From NCBI RefSeq assembly GCF_009914755.1, contig NC_060932.1: a DNA stretch of 64,000 nt; one strand, given 5' to 3'. Shown here piece by piece: positions 31,517 through 54,559 of the stretch (its first letter is position 1; the number at the start of each line of letters is the position of its first letter). The notes beneath the pieces are model-generated. The model was not told the DNA's origin. It worked only from the letters and a program-made list of their open reading frames with translations, and searched no databases. This DNA comes from the human T2T-CHM13v2.0 reference genome, Homo sapiens. The translations under genes were made by a program, and so were the position numbers.

Positions 31517-32821
31517 TGATGCTGATGACCTTCGGATGGGGTTTTGTGTGGGTATCCTTTTTGTTGATGTTGATGTTATTGCTTTCTGTTTGTTAGTTTT
31601 TCTTTTAACAGTCAGGCCTGTCTTCTGCAGGTCTGCTGGAGGTCCACTCCAGACCCTGTTTGCCTGGGTATCACCAGCAGAGGCTGCTGAACAGCAAAGA
31701 TTGCTGCCTGCTCCTTCCACTGGAAGCTTTGTCCCAGAGGGGCACCTGACAGATGCCAGCCTGAGCTCTCCTGTATGAGGCATCTGTCGACCTCTGCTGG
31801 GAGATGTCTCCCAGTCAGGAGGCGCGGGGGTCAGGGACCCACTTGAGGATGCAGTCTGTCCCTTAGCAGAGCTCAAGCGCCGTGCTAGGAGATCCACTGC
31901 TCTCTTCAGAGCCAGCAGACAGGAACATTTAAGTTTGCTGAAGCTGTGCCCACAGCCACCCCTTCCCCAGGTGCTCTGTTCCAGGGATATGGGAATTTTA
32001 TCTATAGGCCCCTGACAGGGGGTTCCGCCTTTCTTTCGAGATGTCTGGTCTAGAGAGGAGGAATCTAGAGAGGCAGTCTGGCTACAGTGGCTTTGGTGCA
32101 CTGTGGTGGGTTCCGCCCAGTTGAACTTCCCAGCAGCTTTGTTTACATAGTGAGGGGAAAACTGCCTACTTAAGCCTCAGTAATGGCAGACGCCCCTCCC
32201 CCCACCAAGCTCCAGCTTCCCAGGTGGACTCCAGACTGCTGTGCTGGCATTGAGAATTTCAAGCCAGTGGATCTTAGCTCGCTGGGCTCCATGGGGGTGG
32301 GATCCACTGATCAAGACCACTTGGTTTCCTGGCTTCAGCCCCCTTTCCAGGGGAGTGAACAGTTCTGTCTCGCTTGGGTTTCGGGTGCCACTGGGGTACA
32401 AAAAAAACCTCCTGCAGCTAGCTCAGTGTCTGCCCAAATGGCCCCACAGTTTTGTGCTTAAAACCCAGGGCCCTGGTGGTGTAGGCACCCGAGGGAATCT
32501 CCTGGTCTGCAGGTTGTGAAAACCATGGGAAAAGTGTAGTATCTGGGCCAGATAGCACCATCCCTCATGGCACAATCCCTCAAGGCTTCCCTTGGCTAGG
32601 GGAGGGAGTTCCCCAACCCCTTGCACTTCCCCGATGAGGCAACGCCCCACCCTGCTTCTGCTTGCCCTCCATGGGCTGCACCCACTGTCTAACCAGTCCC
32701 AATGGGATGAGCCAGGTACCTCAGTTGGAAATGCAGAAATCACTGCCTTCTGCGTTGGTCTCACTGGGAGTGGCAGACTTGAGCTGTTCTTATTTGGTCA
32801 TCTTGCCAGCACACCCCCCCG

Positions 32822-33425
<604 letters not shown>

Positions 33426-33933
33426 TAACTGCAGCATTTTTAAGATATGAGATATACATGCACATCTGGTTTATTTGCTATGTGATCTGTATCTCTCTTT
33501 TGACTGCTACTTTAAAACTCTTTTGGAATTAAGCCCTTAGGGTACAGCTTTATATTCCTTATTACTATATTCTTGGAAAACTGCTTTGCATACAAATGCT
33601 TAATTTTAAATGGGTGATAATAAGTACGATGTATTCTGCTACCGTAATATGTAGATTATGAAGAGGTTGGCACATGATTGGGCTGGGGTGGTAAAGAAAG
33701 TACTTGAAATAGTCAAAGGGAAAGATTTCATTTTTCTCAATTTAACCTGCTCACAGAAGGGCAATAAGAGCCTCATTATCTCATTTAGACAAGACTGATG
33801 GAGTCACAGCCTGCATGGTCCAGTCTCAGGATGGCTCATATTGGAAGAAGCACTGCTCAAACAGGCGTTTCAGTTTTACTCAGAGCTCTAAAAATTTGAA
33901 AGGCTCTAAGTCATAATTCACGGTTAATATTTA

Positions 33934-34341
<408 letters not shown>

Positions 34342-34863
34342 CTAGTGCATCTGATCTGACATGAACACCCCTTCCCTCCCTTCTCTTCCACGTTTCTGCA
34401 GTTAGCAGCGTAGGTAATGGAGGAAGAGCGCAACACCCAAGTGATTTTTGTCCAGATGTATTTCAGTCACATTAAATTTCTGAGGTTTCAGATTTTATCT
34501 TACTGTTTGTGTGTGGTGTGCGTGTTTAAAAATTAGAGTTTGTAAAAGAATTCTTGTAAAAGTGTGCTATGTTCCTAGCAAGTTATCTTCTTTCTACGGA
34601 CAGTGGCTGTACTTTCCTCGCCAACGCCCCCTCATGCTGTTCCTCCTCCGCATGTGAGTTTGATCATTGCTGCATTATGGTTTTCTCTAGCACGTTTTTT
34701 GGTAATGCATCCCTTTTTGAGAAAGAGGCCAGCCCTTCACCTCCCATGTCCAGCTCCCCAACCTGGTCTACTGGCAGCAACACAAAGACCCTCATGGAGG
34801 CACGGGGACAGCTGCTTCCTGACTTTGTTGTGGCTGCTCCAGGGCTTGTTCTGAGGTCACTGA

Positions 34864-35353
<490 letters not shown>

Positions 35354-36383
35354 GAGGTCACTGACTTTGAACATGGGGTGTCCTTTCTTTATATGTTGGT
35401 TTCTGTCTGGCACAGAGTAGGAACACAGTAAAGATGATCTGGCTCTGCATTTGTAGCCCGGAGGCAAAATTGCCATCCTTTTCTTTGTTGTATCAACAGC
35501 TCTCTTACAATGGCCGGGAAAGTAAGGAAGATGAAAGCTGCTTACTGTCACACAAGTTGGGTACAAAATTCCTATTTGGTCACTTTGGGAGGGAGTTCAA
35601 ACCAAGTTCTCTGAGTCTGCTAACTTTGTTCTAAACCCAGTCTATTCTCCATTCAGGGTCACATTTGCCTCTGTCCCGAAGAGTAAGTCTGCCACCCTCT
35701 TGGCTCAACTAAATTTCTTTAGGTACTGGAGAAGTTTACCTTCTTCAGAAAGAAATGGTTTCCTTCCTTGCATGGCAAACTGGGCTCACTCTCCCTTTAA
35801 ATACTAAGACATTGAGCCCCATGTTCATGAGAAGAGGTGGCCAATGCTAGAAGGTCTCTGCCAGATTCTGCCTCCTGCCTTTTAAAAATTTGGCTGTTGT
35901 TAAAACCCAGAAGGACACGAAGAGCGCTTCCCACTGTCTATCCATAAAAGACACTGCACTGCTTCATTAGCCCGTGGCCATCAAACATAAACATAGCCAA
36001 CCACTCCGATGATATCACAAAGTCCCATGGCGGACTGGACTGGTGGAGAGCAATTCAGCACGGCATGCCATTTTTAAATACTGTGCTCTCAAAAATAAAT
36101 ATAGCCACTAAAGGGAAAACAGTATTAGGTTTAAGTCGTGAGATAAAAATGTCTGTTATGTAAGGTTGTAGTGTTCATGCTCAGCCCTTTTCTCTCAGGA
36201 CTCCTTTCCCAGTTCTTTTTCACTTCAAAGGAAAGTACCGTTTAAGAAAGAGGAGGGTATGACCTCAGAAGAGAGAAGAAACAGCAACAACAGGGACCTC
36301 GGATCCTAGAGGTCTTCACAGGTGGGGTACAGGTGAATTTGTTGCCATTTAAAGGACTCTTTCTTCTTGGCAAATTTTCTCCT

Positions 36384-36802
<419 letters not shown>

Positions 36803-37782
36803 CAAATTTTCTTCTAAACAATGACTTCTGCAGAACTTGGACAGCTATAAAAGCCTCAATTGCTTGCGTTTGGCTAATCATTCACCATTTATTAAGTGTC
36901 CACATTGTACAAGGAACAGAGTTTAATTCTAAAATAAGCTTGAAACACATGACTAAAACTTCAATTCCTAGACAAATATAACCAAATTGCACAACTTGCT
37001 ACATGTTATCTGATTTACCGATTGGACCATATTTACTTTGAGTGGATGAGGCTTAATAGAAAACAGCTTGATCTTCTCCCTTCCCTATCCCCCAGGTTCC
37101 CTGGCAGGGACTGGAAACAGGGGGAAAGGAAGAGGATGCCAATTTAGAGCTGAGTCGTGTACAATGCTTAGGCGTGTACTTTTGCTTGTCACCTTACAAG
37201 TTTCTGGTCAGTTCCCAAACCCATTCCCTATTCAGTGATTCCAAAGCTGCATCACATTCCCAAGCATCTTGAAAGTCTTCCTCTCCCATTGCCCACCTGT
37301 TCTCAACAGATGGCTTGTCGCATACTGAGAATGTTGAGGCTATCAGCTGAGAACTTGTTTACTTTCCTCCTTCCCAGCCAACAGATTGACCTGCTTTCAA
37401 CCTCCCTCCTTCTCTGTGGTTTTAAGGCTCATCTCTCTACCAGTCTTATTGATCAGATCACCTTTCAGCTTCTCTGGACTTAAATCACATCTTAAGATGG
37501 AGATTAGATTCTTTAGTCAGCCCATAGGCAAGAGTCACATATAATCAGAATTACTCAGAAGTTTTCTTAAGTCACCCATAACAGTAGATCAAACATAGCT
37601 TTAGGAATACAATACTGTAAAGTAATATGCAGGTGTGAGTATGTCAAGTAGATAGTATTTATAGGTGTAAGGTATATATACTATATAATGTATACTATAA
37701 TATATAGCATACAATTCCAAGGAGGATTATATTGAGAAAATAAAACAAGCTAGCTTTTTGTAACACTTGAGCAAATTTATAA

Positions 37783-38014
<232 letters not shown>

Positions 38015-38349
38015 GAGAATATTCTTATTTCCCATTTGGTGTCATCGCCTAAGTTTTTGTGGATAACTTTGTCAGTTTCTCCGTTGTCTTTAGTTAGTTC
38101 TTCAGTTTCTTTCACAAGATTGTAGTAAAACCTTCACTACCCACTAGTATGAACAATGCATTTCTCTTATTTGTCTATGGTTGGGAAACCCCTAAATCAT
38201 CCATACCTTCTTCGGTAGGTTTCACTAAAAGTCCTCTCTGTCTGCCTGTAGGCAACCTCATTGAGGGCAATTGCCCATTGAATTTCCAGCATTATTTACA
38301 CAGTTCTTTCTCTCTTTCTCTCTATCTCCCTCCTGCTTCATTAGATGAT

Positions 38350-39170
38350 AAGACTTGGCTACATCTAAGAGAAATCCAAAATAGCAGTGGCTTATATAAG
38401 AGATAACTTTATTTTTTTTATCTTATAAAACAAATCCAGAATTAGGTGGTGCAGAGCTGTTTCGGTGGCTCCACGGTCACCAGGGACATGGTCTCCTTCT
38501 CCTTTTCTGTTCTGCCATCCTGGTTTGTGGCTTCCATCCTCGTGGCTACTGAAGCTCCAGCCACTGTGTCTACATTCCAGTCAGCAGGAGGAAGGAAGGT
38601 GGTGTTCAGGAAAATTACCCGAAACTTGGAAATAATGCAAAAGGATGACTTCATATCCTGCCAATGTCATACTAAAGCATTGTCCAGTTCCCCTAATGGT
38701 CATCTCACTCTTGGGAAATGAACTACTCTTTAGGTACTGTTGATTAGAGTTCAGACTGGAGAGTTAGATGTTAACTTAGAAGAATTGATTAGATGCAGAT
38801 GAAAACCTGCAGAGATGGTTTTCTAACCTTGCAGAACATTTGTCACTTTTGCATCTAACTTAGCATTGTTATTTCAGAGTTTTTGGTGTTTTTTGTTTGT
38901 TTGTTTCTACTGAACCTGCTTTGTCATCTTACTGGCTTCCCTCATCAATGATTAATTATACTTTGGGATGTGCTCAGATAATGTGTGGAAATTATATTTT
39001 TAATATTTGTATGTTTTGACAGTAGGAAAGACAAAGGGGCTTTCTTCAAGTCAGTAATTTCCCTAAATGTCTACCTAAAATGTCTGCTTGTAACTTATTG
39101 GCCAGAACTTAGTCACAAGGCTACACATAGCTACAAAAGAGGCTGGGGAAGTAGTCTTCTAGCTAGGTGC
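38350..39170 (-). mobile_element. MaLR LTR fragments (MLT1J/K-like), interrupted
   Basis: aaaatagcagtggctta, gctccagccactgtgtctacattccag and attggccagaacttagtcac motifs. Confidence 0.55.
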
Positions 39171-40524
39171 ATTGAAATAAGGGCTCTCTTCCTAAGGAAG
39201 GGAGGCAGAGATCAGACCGTAGGGAATAACTAATAGTCTTTGCACAAGGACATATATCAGTTGATACTGCCTATTTTACCTGTATTTCTGCCTTTCCCTC
39301 TATGTTTACTTCTTTCTAGCAGCCTAAAAGCATAACAGAGAATACCAACAGTTTTAACACCTTGGACCTGAATCTTCCTCCAGCTATCAGGAGAACATTC
39401 TTTTTCCCCAATGGAGGTCCTATAAAGAACTTGGCTCTGCTCTCTCACCTCCTCCTCCTTCTTCACCCACTTTAAGCAGGCTTCTGTTACTCTCATCCAC
39501 TAAACCTGCTCTGCTAGGCCACAGCTGATCTCCTAAACATCACGCTCAAATCAACTGCATCTTGCACAAAGCAAATATTTAATAAATGATTACTGAATTA
39601 TTCAATATGTTTGCTCTGTTTTCTTCTTTCTTAAGACATTACTTTCTTTTCTTCTCAATTGCAAAATTAATATTTTAGTTTCATTATGGGCTAACTAGGT
39701 TCTTTTGACACATTCATGAAAATCTAATTCTTAGATAACACTTTGGTTCTGTGCAAAAATGCATTCCAACTTTCAAACGATTGGCCTAACAGTACACTTT
39801 TGGAAATTTTTGACCTTTTTGTAGGCCCAGGTCTGTTTATTCATTTTCCCCCTCCATTGAATAGGAAAAAGAAATTGGCTTTTTGTTGCTAATAAAAGCA
39901 AATTCTACTTGGGTTGTTTCCAAAGCCCAACAGCAAGTGGCAAGGAATCCCCAAGGGAAAAACACCAGTAAGATTCTTTCATAATGTGTTTTCCTCTAAT
40001 CCCCTTCCTGATCCTTTCTCACCAAATGGATCCAGCTATTTTCAAGTTCAATTTTTGCTCTAAACTAGAGAACATAGTGTCCTAAATTGATACTTCACCC
40101 TCTATAAGCCTCCACCTCTTGGCCTGCTTTATTTATCAGGCAGGCTCCTCCAGGGATTTGGGGTTGGGCCTGAGAAGCCCAGGTGGTTGGCAATTGCCAG
40201 CAGGATGTAGTTATACTGCCCCAATGTGGCAGTTTTCATTCTATTTCAAATGCTGCTTTTTTTCTCTCATGCTTCTTCGAGTACATCGTAGGACATTAAG
40301 GGATGGTGGTGGCTTTGGGGGGACCCACGATGCTTCTGTCAGTTCTTCCTCTCAGGTTTTGGGGGCTACAAGTGAAGATAAGAATGAAAGCTTGGAATTT
40401 TAATAGACAGCTCCCATCTGCCATATGTAAAGAATGCTTCTAGCAGGGAGAAGGCAAACCTCAAGGGAAGAGGTTGGTCAGTTTTTAATCAGCTGGGTCT
40501 CGTCTAATCTTGCCAAGCTCTAAG

Positions 40525-40855
40525 CAGAGATTGCAAATTTTGGATCCATAAGCTAAATCCAGCCTCAGACATGCTATGTTTCGCTGACACGGATGGTACT
40601 TTTTGTTTTAATTTTTAAAAGGCAGCATTTAAAAGGAAGATTTTATATACCAGTCCAGACTTCTGCCATCTTGACATTGCATTCCTGAGTTGCAGCAATT
40701 GGCTGAAACTGAGTAGCTGTTGTTTCCTCCAGGTGGGGTTTGCCCTCTGCAATTTTGTCACAGACTTCACTTCCCCCTGTGACACATCCAGCTGCTTTCC
40801 CCATTTAATATCTGCTGCACCTCTGCTGGCGTGTGAGTTTTGGATCCCTATTGCA
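40525..40855. mobile_element. hAT-Charlie DNA transposon remnant (MER102-like)
   Basis: cagagattgcaaat start, and gcaattggctgaaactgagtagctg. Confidence 0.45.
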
Positions 40856-41074
40856 AACAGCTGGGGATGGGGAGAGGTATCAGGGCAGACTTCACAGAGG
40901 AGGGGAATTAAGCTGATCCTTGAAAACTGATAGGAATTTTCTTGGTAAAATAAAAAGGCATGGAACCTCTAGGAAAGCAGACAGGTAGAGAAAAGACACA
41001 GTTATGAAGATTTTTGGGAAGGATCAAATCGAACCTTAAGAAAGGCCAGAGTAATCTTTCAGCACGACCTTGGA

Positions 41075-41230
41075 TTTCAACAGACTTTAGTTCCAATTCA
41101 GGCTCTACCACATACTTTCAGTATGACCTTGAGTAAATTATTTAATTTCTTTGAGCCTCAACGTATTCATCTGTATAGTAGACATAATAGCTCTATCATA
41201 TGATTGTGACCACAAAATGAGGTAACATTT
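41075..41230 (+). mobile_element. MIR SINE
   Basis: tgaccttgagtaaattatttaatttctttgagcctca...catctgta. Confidence 0.65.
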
Positions 41231-41309
41231 TAAAAAATTTATTGCAGTATAATATACCCAAAAGTGCACATATCAAAGATGTGCAGCTCAGTGAATTTTA
41301 ACAAAGTGA

Positions 41310-41655
<346 letters not shown>

Positions 41656-41664
41656 TATTATGAT

Positions 41665-41791
41665 TTTAATTTGTAAGAAAAGCGGCTTAACTGGATCATA
41701 GCTCTGCAGGCTATACAGGAAACGTGGTGGCATCTGCTTGTGGCGAGGCCTCAGGGAGCTTTTACTAATGGTGGAAGGCAAAGCAGGAGCA
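41665..41791 (-). mobile_element. MST (MaLR) LTR fragment
   Basis: gaggcctcagggagcttttactaatggtggaaggcaaagcaggagca. Confidence 0.7.
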
Positions 41792-41794
41792 ACT

Positions 41795-42907
41795 TTAATT
41801 TTTTTTATTTCAGCTTTTAGGTTCAGGGGTACATGTGCAAGTTTGTTACATGGGTAAACTGTGTGATACTGAGGTTTGGGGTGTGAATGATCCTGTCACC
41901 CTGGTAGTGAGCATTGTACCTAATAGGTATTAATAGTTTTTCAACCCTTGCTTCCCTTCCTCTTTCCCCTCTCTGGTAGTCCCCAGTGTCTATTTTTCCC
42001 ATCCTTATATCCATGTATACTCAGTGTTCAGCTACCACTTATAAGTGAGAACATGTGATACTGGGTTTTCTGTTCCTGCATTAATTCACTTATGATGATG
42101 GCCTCCAGCTGCATCCATGTTGCTGCAAGGGACATGATTTTGTTCTTTTCTGTGGCTGTGTAATATTCCATGGTGTATATGTACCACATTTTCTTTATCT
42201 AGTCCACCATTGATGGGCATCTAGGTTGATTCCATGTCATTGCCATTGTGAATAGTGCTGTGATGAACATACAAGTGCATGTGTCTTTGGTAGAGTGATT
42301 TATTTGCCATTAGGTATGTACCCAGTAATGGGATTGCTGGGTTGAATGGTTGTTCTGTCTTAAGTTACTTGAGAAATCTCAAAACTGCTTTTCACAGTGG
42401 CTGAGTGGATTTACATTCCTACCAAGAATGTATAAGCATTCTCTTTTCTCTGCAACCTTGCCCACATCTGTTATTTTTTGACTTTTTAATAACAGCCATT
42501 CTGACTGGTATGAGATGTCACACTATGTTTTTGATTAACATTTCTCTAGTGATGCTGAGCATTTTTTCGTATGTTTGTTAGCCACATGTATGTCTTCTGA
42601 GAAGTGTGTGTGTCCTTCGCCCACTCTTAAAGCAGGTTGTTTGTGTTTTGCTTGTTGAATTATTTAAATTCCTTTTAGATTCTGCATATTAGTTTGTGAA
42701 TATTTTCTCCCATTCTGTAGGTTGTCTGTTCATTCTGTTGATAGTTTCTTTTGCTATGCAGAAGCTCTTTAGCTTAATTAGGTCCCACCTGTTAATTTTT
42801 TTGTTGCAATTGCTTTTGAGGACTTAATCATAAATTCTTTGCCAAGGTTGATGTCTAGAATGATATTTCCTAGGTTTTATTCTAGAATTTTTATAGTTTT
42901 ATGTCTT
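41795..42907 (-). mobile_element. Older primate L1 3' end (L1PA15/16-like), host of a younger L1, resuming at 49056-49215
   Basis: ttcaggggtacatgtgcaagtttgttacatgggtaaa. The sequence continues in register after the TSD at 49056. Confidence 0.85.
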
Positions 42908-49055
<6,148 letters not shown>

Positions 49056-49332
49056 TAGTTTTATGTCTTACATTTAAGTCTTTAATCTATCTCGGGTTAA
49101 TTTTTGTATATGGTGAAAGGTAGGGGTCCAGTTTCATTCCTCTATGTTTGGCTAGCCAGTTATGCCAGCACAATTTATTGAATAGAAAGGCCTTTCCCCA
49201 TTGCTTGTCAACTTTGTTAAAGCAGATCATTTATTTTCATTGCCATATAGTATTCCATTGGGTGAATATCCTACCATTTATTTATCCAGTCTTGATTAAT
49301 GGGCATTTGGATAATTTTCCATTTTTGCTTTT

Positions 49333-50531
49333 TTTTTTTGCCTTCAAGCATCTGTTTAACAAAGCACATCTTGCACCGCCCTTAATCCATTTAACCCTGA
49401 GTGGACACAGCACATGTTTCAGAGAGCAGGGGGTTGGGGGTAAGGTTATAGATTAACAGCATCCCAAGGCAGAAGAATTTTTCTTAGTACAGAACAAAAT
49501 GGAGTCTCCCATGTCTACTTCTTTCTACACAGACACAGTAACAATCTGATCTCTCTTTCTTTTCCCCACATTTCCCCCTTTTCTATTCGACAAAACTGCC
49601 ATCGTCATCATGGCCCGTTCTCAATGAGCTGTTGGGTACACCTCCCAGACGGGGTGGCGGCCAGGCAGAGGGGCTCCTCACTTCCCAGATGGGGTGGCTG
49701 GGCAGAGGTGCCCCCCACCTCCGAGATGGGGCAGTGGCCGGGCGGGGGCTGCCCCCCACCTCCCTCCTGGACAGGGCGGCTGGCCGGGCGGGGGCTGTGC
49801 CCCACCTCCTGGACGGGGCGGCTGCTGGGTGGAGGGGCTCCTCACTTCCCAGACGGGGCGGCTGCTGGGTGGAGGGGCTCCTCACTTCTCAGACGGGGCG
49901 GCTGGGCAGAGACACTCCTCACCTCCCTGATGGAGTGGCGGTCGGGCAGAGACACTCCTCAGTTCCCAGACGGGGTCGCGGCCGGGCAGAGGCGCTCCTC
50001 ACATCCCAGATGGGGCGGTGGGGCAGAGGCGCTCCCCACATCTCAGACGATGGGCGGCTGGGCAGAAACACTCCTCACTTCCCAGACGGGGTGGCGGCCG
50101 GGCAGAGGCTGCAGTCTCGGCACTTTGGGAGGCCAAGGCAGGCAGCTGGGAGGTGGAGGTTGTAGCGAGCCGAGATCACGCCACTGCACTCCAGCCTGGG
50201 CAACATTCAGCACTGAGTGAGAGAGACTCCGTCTGCAATCCCGGCACCTTGGGAGGCCGAGACAGGCAGATCACTCGCGGTCAGGAGCTGGAGACCAGCC
50301 CAGCCAACACTGCGAAACCCCATCTCCACCAAAAAAATGCAAAAACTAGTCAGTTGTGGCTGCGCACGCCTGCAATCCCAGGCACCCTGCAGGCTGAGGC
50401 AGGAGAATCAGGCAGGGAGGTTGCAGTGAGCCGAGATGGCGGCAGTACAGTCCAGCCTCGGCTTTCACAACTTTGGTGGCATCAGAGGGAGACCGGGGAG
50501 AGGGAGAGGGAGAGGGGGAGGGGGAGGGGGC
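49333..50531 (-). mobile_element. SVA retrotransposon (old, SVA_A/B-like) with 3'-truncated SINE-R
   Basis: (CCCTCT)n hexamer 50496-50530, Alu-like ~50110-50480, GC-rich VNTR ~49640-50105, SINE-R 49340-49635, poly-A. TSD CCATTTTTGCTTTT at 49319 and 50532. Confidence 0.96.
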
Positions 50532-50559
50532 CCATTTTTGCTTTTAAGAATAGTACATG

Positions 50560-50705
50560 ACTGGATTGTAGTGGCTCATGCCTGTAATCTCAGCACTTTG
50601 GGAGGCCGAGGCAGGCAGGTCGCTTGAGTCCAGGAGTTCACGACCAGTGTGGGCAACTTAAGCGAGACCTTATCTCTATTATAACAAAGTTTTTAATTAA
50701 AAAAA
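50560..50705 (+). mobile_element. Alu left monomer (FLAM-like)
   Basis: Single arm with tail. TSD AGAATAGTACA. Confidence 0.85.
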
Positions 50706-50856
50706 GAGAATAGTACAATTATGAAAATTTTAGTACACGTCTTTTGGTGAATATACTTTTGCATTTCTGTTAAGTATACACCTAGAAGTGGAATTAGTGG
50801 GTCATATGTTCATGTATGGTAGAAACTGCCAGTTTTCCAAAGCGGTTAGTAACTAA

Positions 50857-51165
50857 TTTTTTGTTTTGTTTTTGTTTTTTTTTGAGACAGAGCTTTGCTC
50901 TGTCTCCCAGGCTGGAGTGCAGTGGTGCGATCTTGGCTTACTGCAGCCTCCGACTCCTGAGCTCAAATGATTCTCTTGCCTCAGCCTCTCAAGTAGCTGG
51001 GATTGCAGGCGCCTACCACCACGCCTGGCTAATTTTTGTATTTTTAGTAGAGACGGGGTTTCATCATGTTGGCCAGGCTGTTTTTGAACTCCTGACCTCA
51101 AATGATCTGCTCACCTTGGCCTCCCAAAGTGCTGGGATTACAGGCATGAGCCACTGCACCCAGTT
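50857..51165 (-). mobile_element. AluS within old L1M sequence
   Basis: Alu consensus. TSD GTAACTAATTT at 50849 and 51166. Confidence 0.93.
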
Positions 51166-51551
51166 GTAACTAATTTATACTTTCAACAATAGTCTCAGAG
51201 AGTTATGACTGCCCTCTCTCTAATAGTTTCCTCTCTAATAGTTGGTACTTTCATTTTCATTTTTGCCATTCTGATGGATGTGGTTTTAAAATCAATTTCT
51301 TTAATGGCTAAGGAAAGCAAGCACTTTCTCATATGTTCATTGAGCATCTGAATATTTTTTTGTGACATGTTACTTAAAATCTTTTGCTCGCTTTTAAAAA
51401 TTTGGTCACCTGTGTTTTTGTGTGCATTTCTAAAGTTTGACATTTCATGATAGACAATCAAGGAGCATTATAAAAGAAAGGAATGTTATGACAGTTTAAT
51501 TCAAGAGAAGGATGTGGGAGTATGTGATGGTGGATGAAAAATAAAGCTCCC

Positions 51552-52379
<828 letters not shown>

Positions 52380-52742
52380 CTAGTTAATTGAAAATGTGAT
52401 ATTATTTGCATCCCTCCTGGCTGGAGCAGTTTATACATACAGTACCATATTACTTTTTAATTTTGTTACATAGTGTCCAAAGCATATGCCTTGCATAATT
52501 TTTATTTTTGATACTTATTCCTTGTGTTATTTTGTGAAGTTTTGTAAATGTTTTCATAAACTCTAAACATTTTCCGTTGATTTTTTTCCCCTAATTCCAG
52601 AAGTAATCCCTGTAAATTATAGAAAAGTTTAAGAGATAAAAGCACAAAGGAGAAAATGAATCTTTTATGATATAATTTTTAATAACCATAAATATTATTT
52701 GTGCACATATATTTGATTGTTTCCCAATGTTGGACATTTTAG

Positions 52743-53074
<332 letters not shown>

Positions 53075-53287
53075 TAATATTGAAATGGACTGCACATTCT
53101 TAATTATTTATTTAAGATAAATCCAAGTAATGGAATAACTGAGTCAAAAGGTATATCCATCTTTAAACATTTGTTACGTATTCCTAAATTGCTTTCCAAA
53201 AAGTTGCATCAATTAACTATCTCACTATCTCAGCAGCAGTGATTGGGAGTGGCTGTTTTTGGCACCTTGCCAACATCAGGTACTGTC

Positions 53288-53873
53288 TTTTTTTTTTTTT
53301 TTTTTTTTCCTGGGTTGAGATGATGAGTTTATTGGCACAGTCAATATTCACATATTCATACTTTGGCTTCTTCAGACACCTTGAACTTTGGGACTAGACT
53401 TTATACAGAGTCAAACACCACGTAGAAGCACGTGGGCCCCACGAGCAACACTCCTGCTTCTTAGTGAGGGAGACAAGCTACCCATGTCTCATGATCAAAG
53501 TACTTTTTAATTCTTACATAGAAACCTTAATTTGCTCTGGCCTCCAAAAGACTTTAATCCTGGCCTCCAAATTCGTCTCAAGGGATGTTCTCTTCACCTG
53601 GGGCTGGTTTAAACAGAGGCCGCCTCACCAGAGCAGCCTTTCAGTCCTTCAGGAGTCTCTATCCCATGATACGTACATGTAGGTTTGTGCAGGCAGGGAA
53701 CACACATGACAGAGAACTGCTTTGGTGGTACTGGATGGGTGGTGTTTCTTCACTGGATTTTGGTGACTGTTTCACAGATGGAGGTGGCCACATAATCTAG
53801 ATTTTATGTGGTTAAGCCACACATGTTGATTCGACCACTCGGCAGCAAATAGATGGTTTTTTTGTCTGATTTT
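53288..53873 (-). pseudogene. 5'-truncated processed pseudogene of cytosolic aspartate aminotransferase (GOT1): last ~35 codons, 3'UTR and poly-A
   Basis: 53854-53750 translates [33 protein letters not shown], matching the GOT1 C-terminus. AATAAA at 53328-53333 (-), 21-nt poly-A at 53288-53308, TSD AGGTA(C/T)TGTC at 53278 and 53874. Confidence 0.9.
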
Positions 53874-54559
53874 AGGTATTGTCATTTATTAAATGCCATT
53901 ATGTAAAGCAGGTCACTGTCAGCTCTGATCTGGATGACATCTAATGGCCTCTTAATGGTGCCCCAGTCAACACACTCCTCACTTCAATGAACTCTTCATG
54001 CTCTACCCAAAGTGTTTCTTCTAACTTGTGAATCTGATCCCTTCCCTGTTTGAAATCTTTTAATAGCTTCTATAACCCATAGAATGAGGCCTCAGTGTCT
54101 TTACGGTTCATGAGGTTCTTCATGTCCCAGTTCTACCTGTTCCTTTGGGGTCTTCTCTATCATCTCATCACCTGCCTCTATGCCCCAGGCATACTGAACT
54201 TATTTCTGTTTTTAGGAGTTACTCATTTTCTCTGTTGGTCTCTGTCTCTTCCTCTCTCTCTGCCTCCTGATATCTGCGCCATACAAGTTCTTGAGGTTGG
54301 ACCATTCACTTTCTTCCTCTAACTCTAGCTAACCGCCTTCTCTTCCATCAGTGAAGAGCATTTGGACTTTGTCAGAGCTGAGATGCTGAGACTGGCGTCT
54401 GGCGCTAGGCAACACCGCCCCCTTGAGGAGCTCTGCATGCTCTGAGCCAACCAGCTGGCTATCTCCTGGAATGCTTGCAGAACATAACTGATGGCTATTT
54501 AGGGATCCTGATGCCAGCCATATCCCAATGATCTCTTCAAATGTTGCCTCTGCCTCATC

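Noticed and set aside
49583-50627. GC-rich CpG-island-like region with long overlapping ORFs
   Set aside because: Explained by the SVA VNTR and Alu-like domain.
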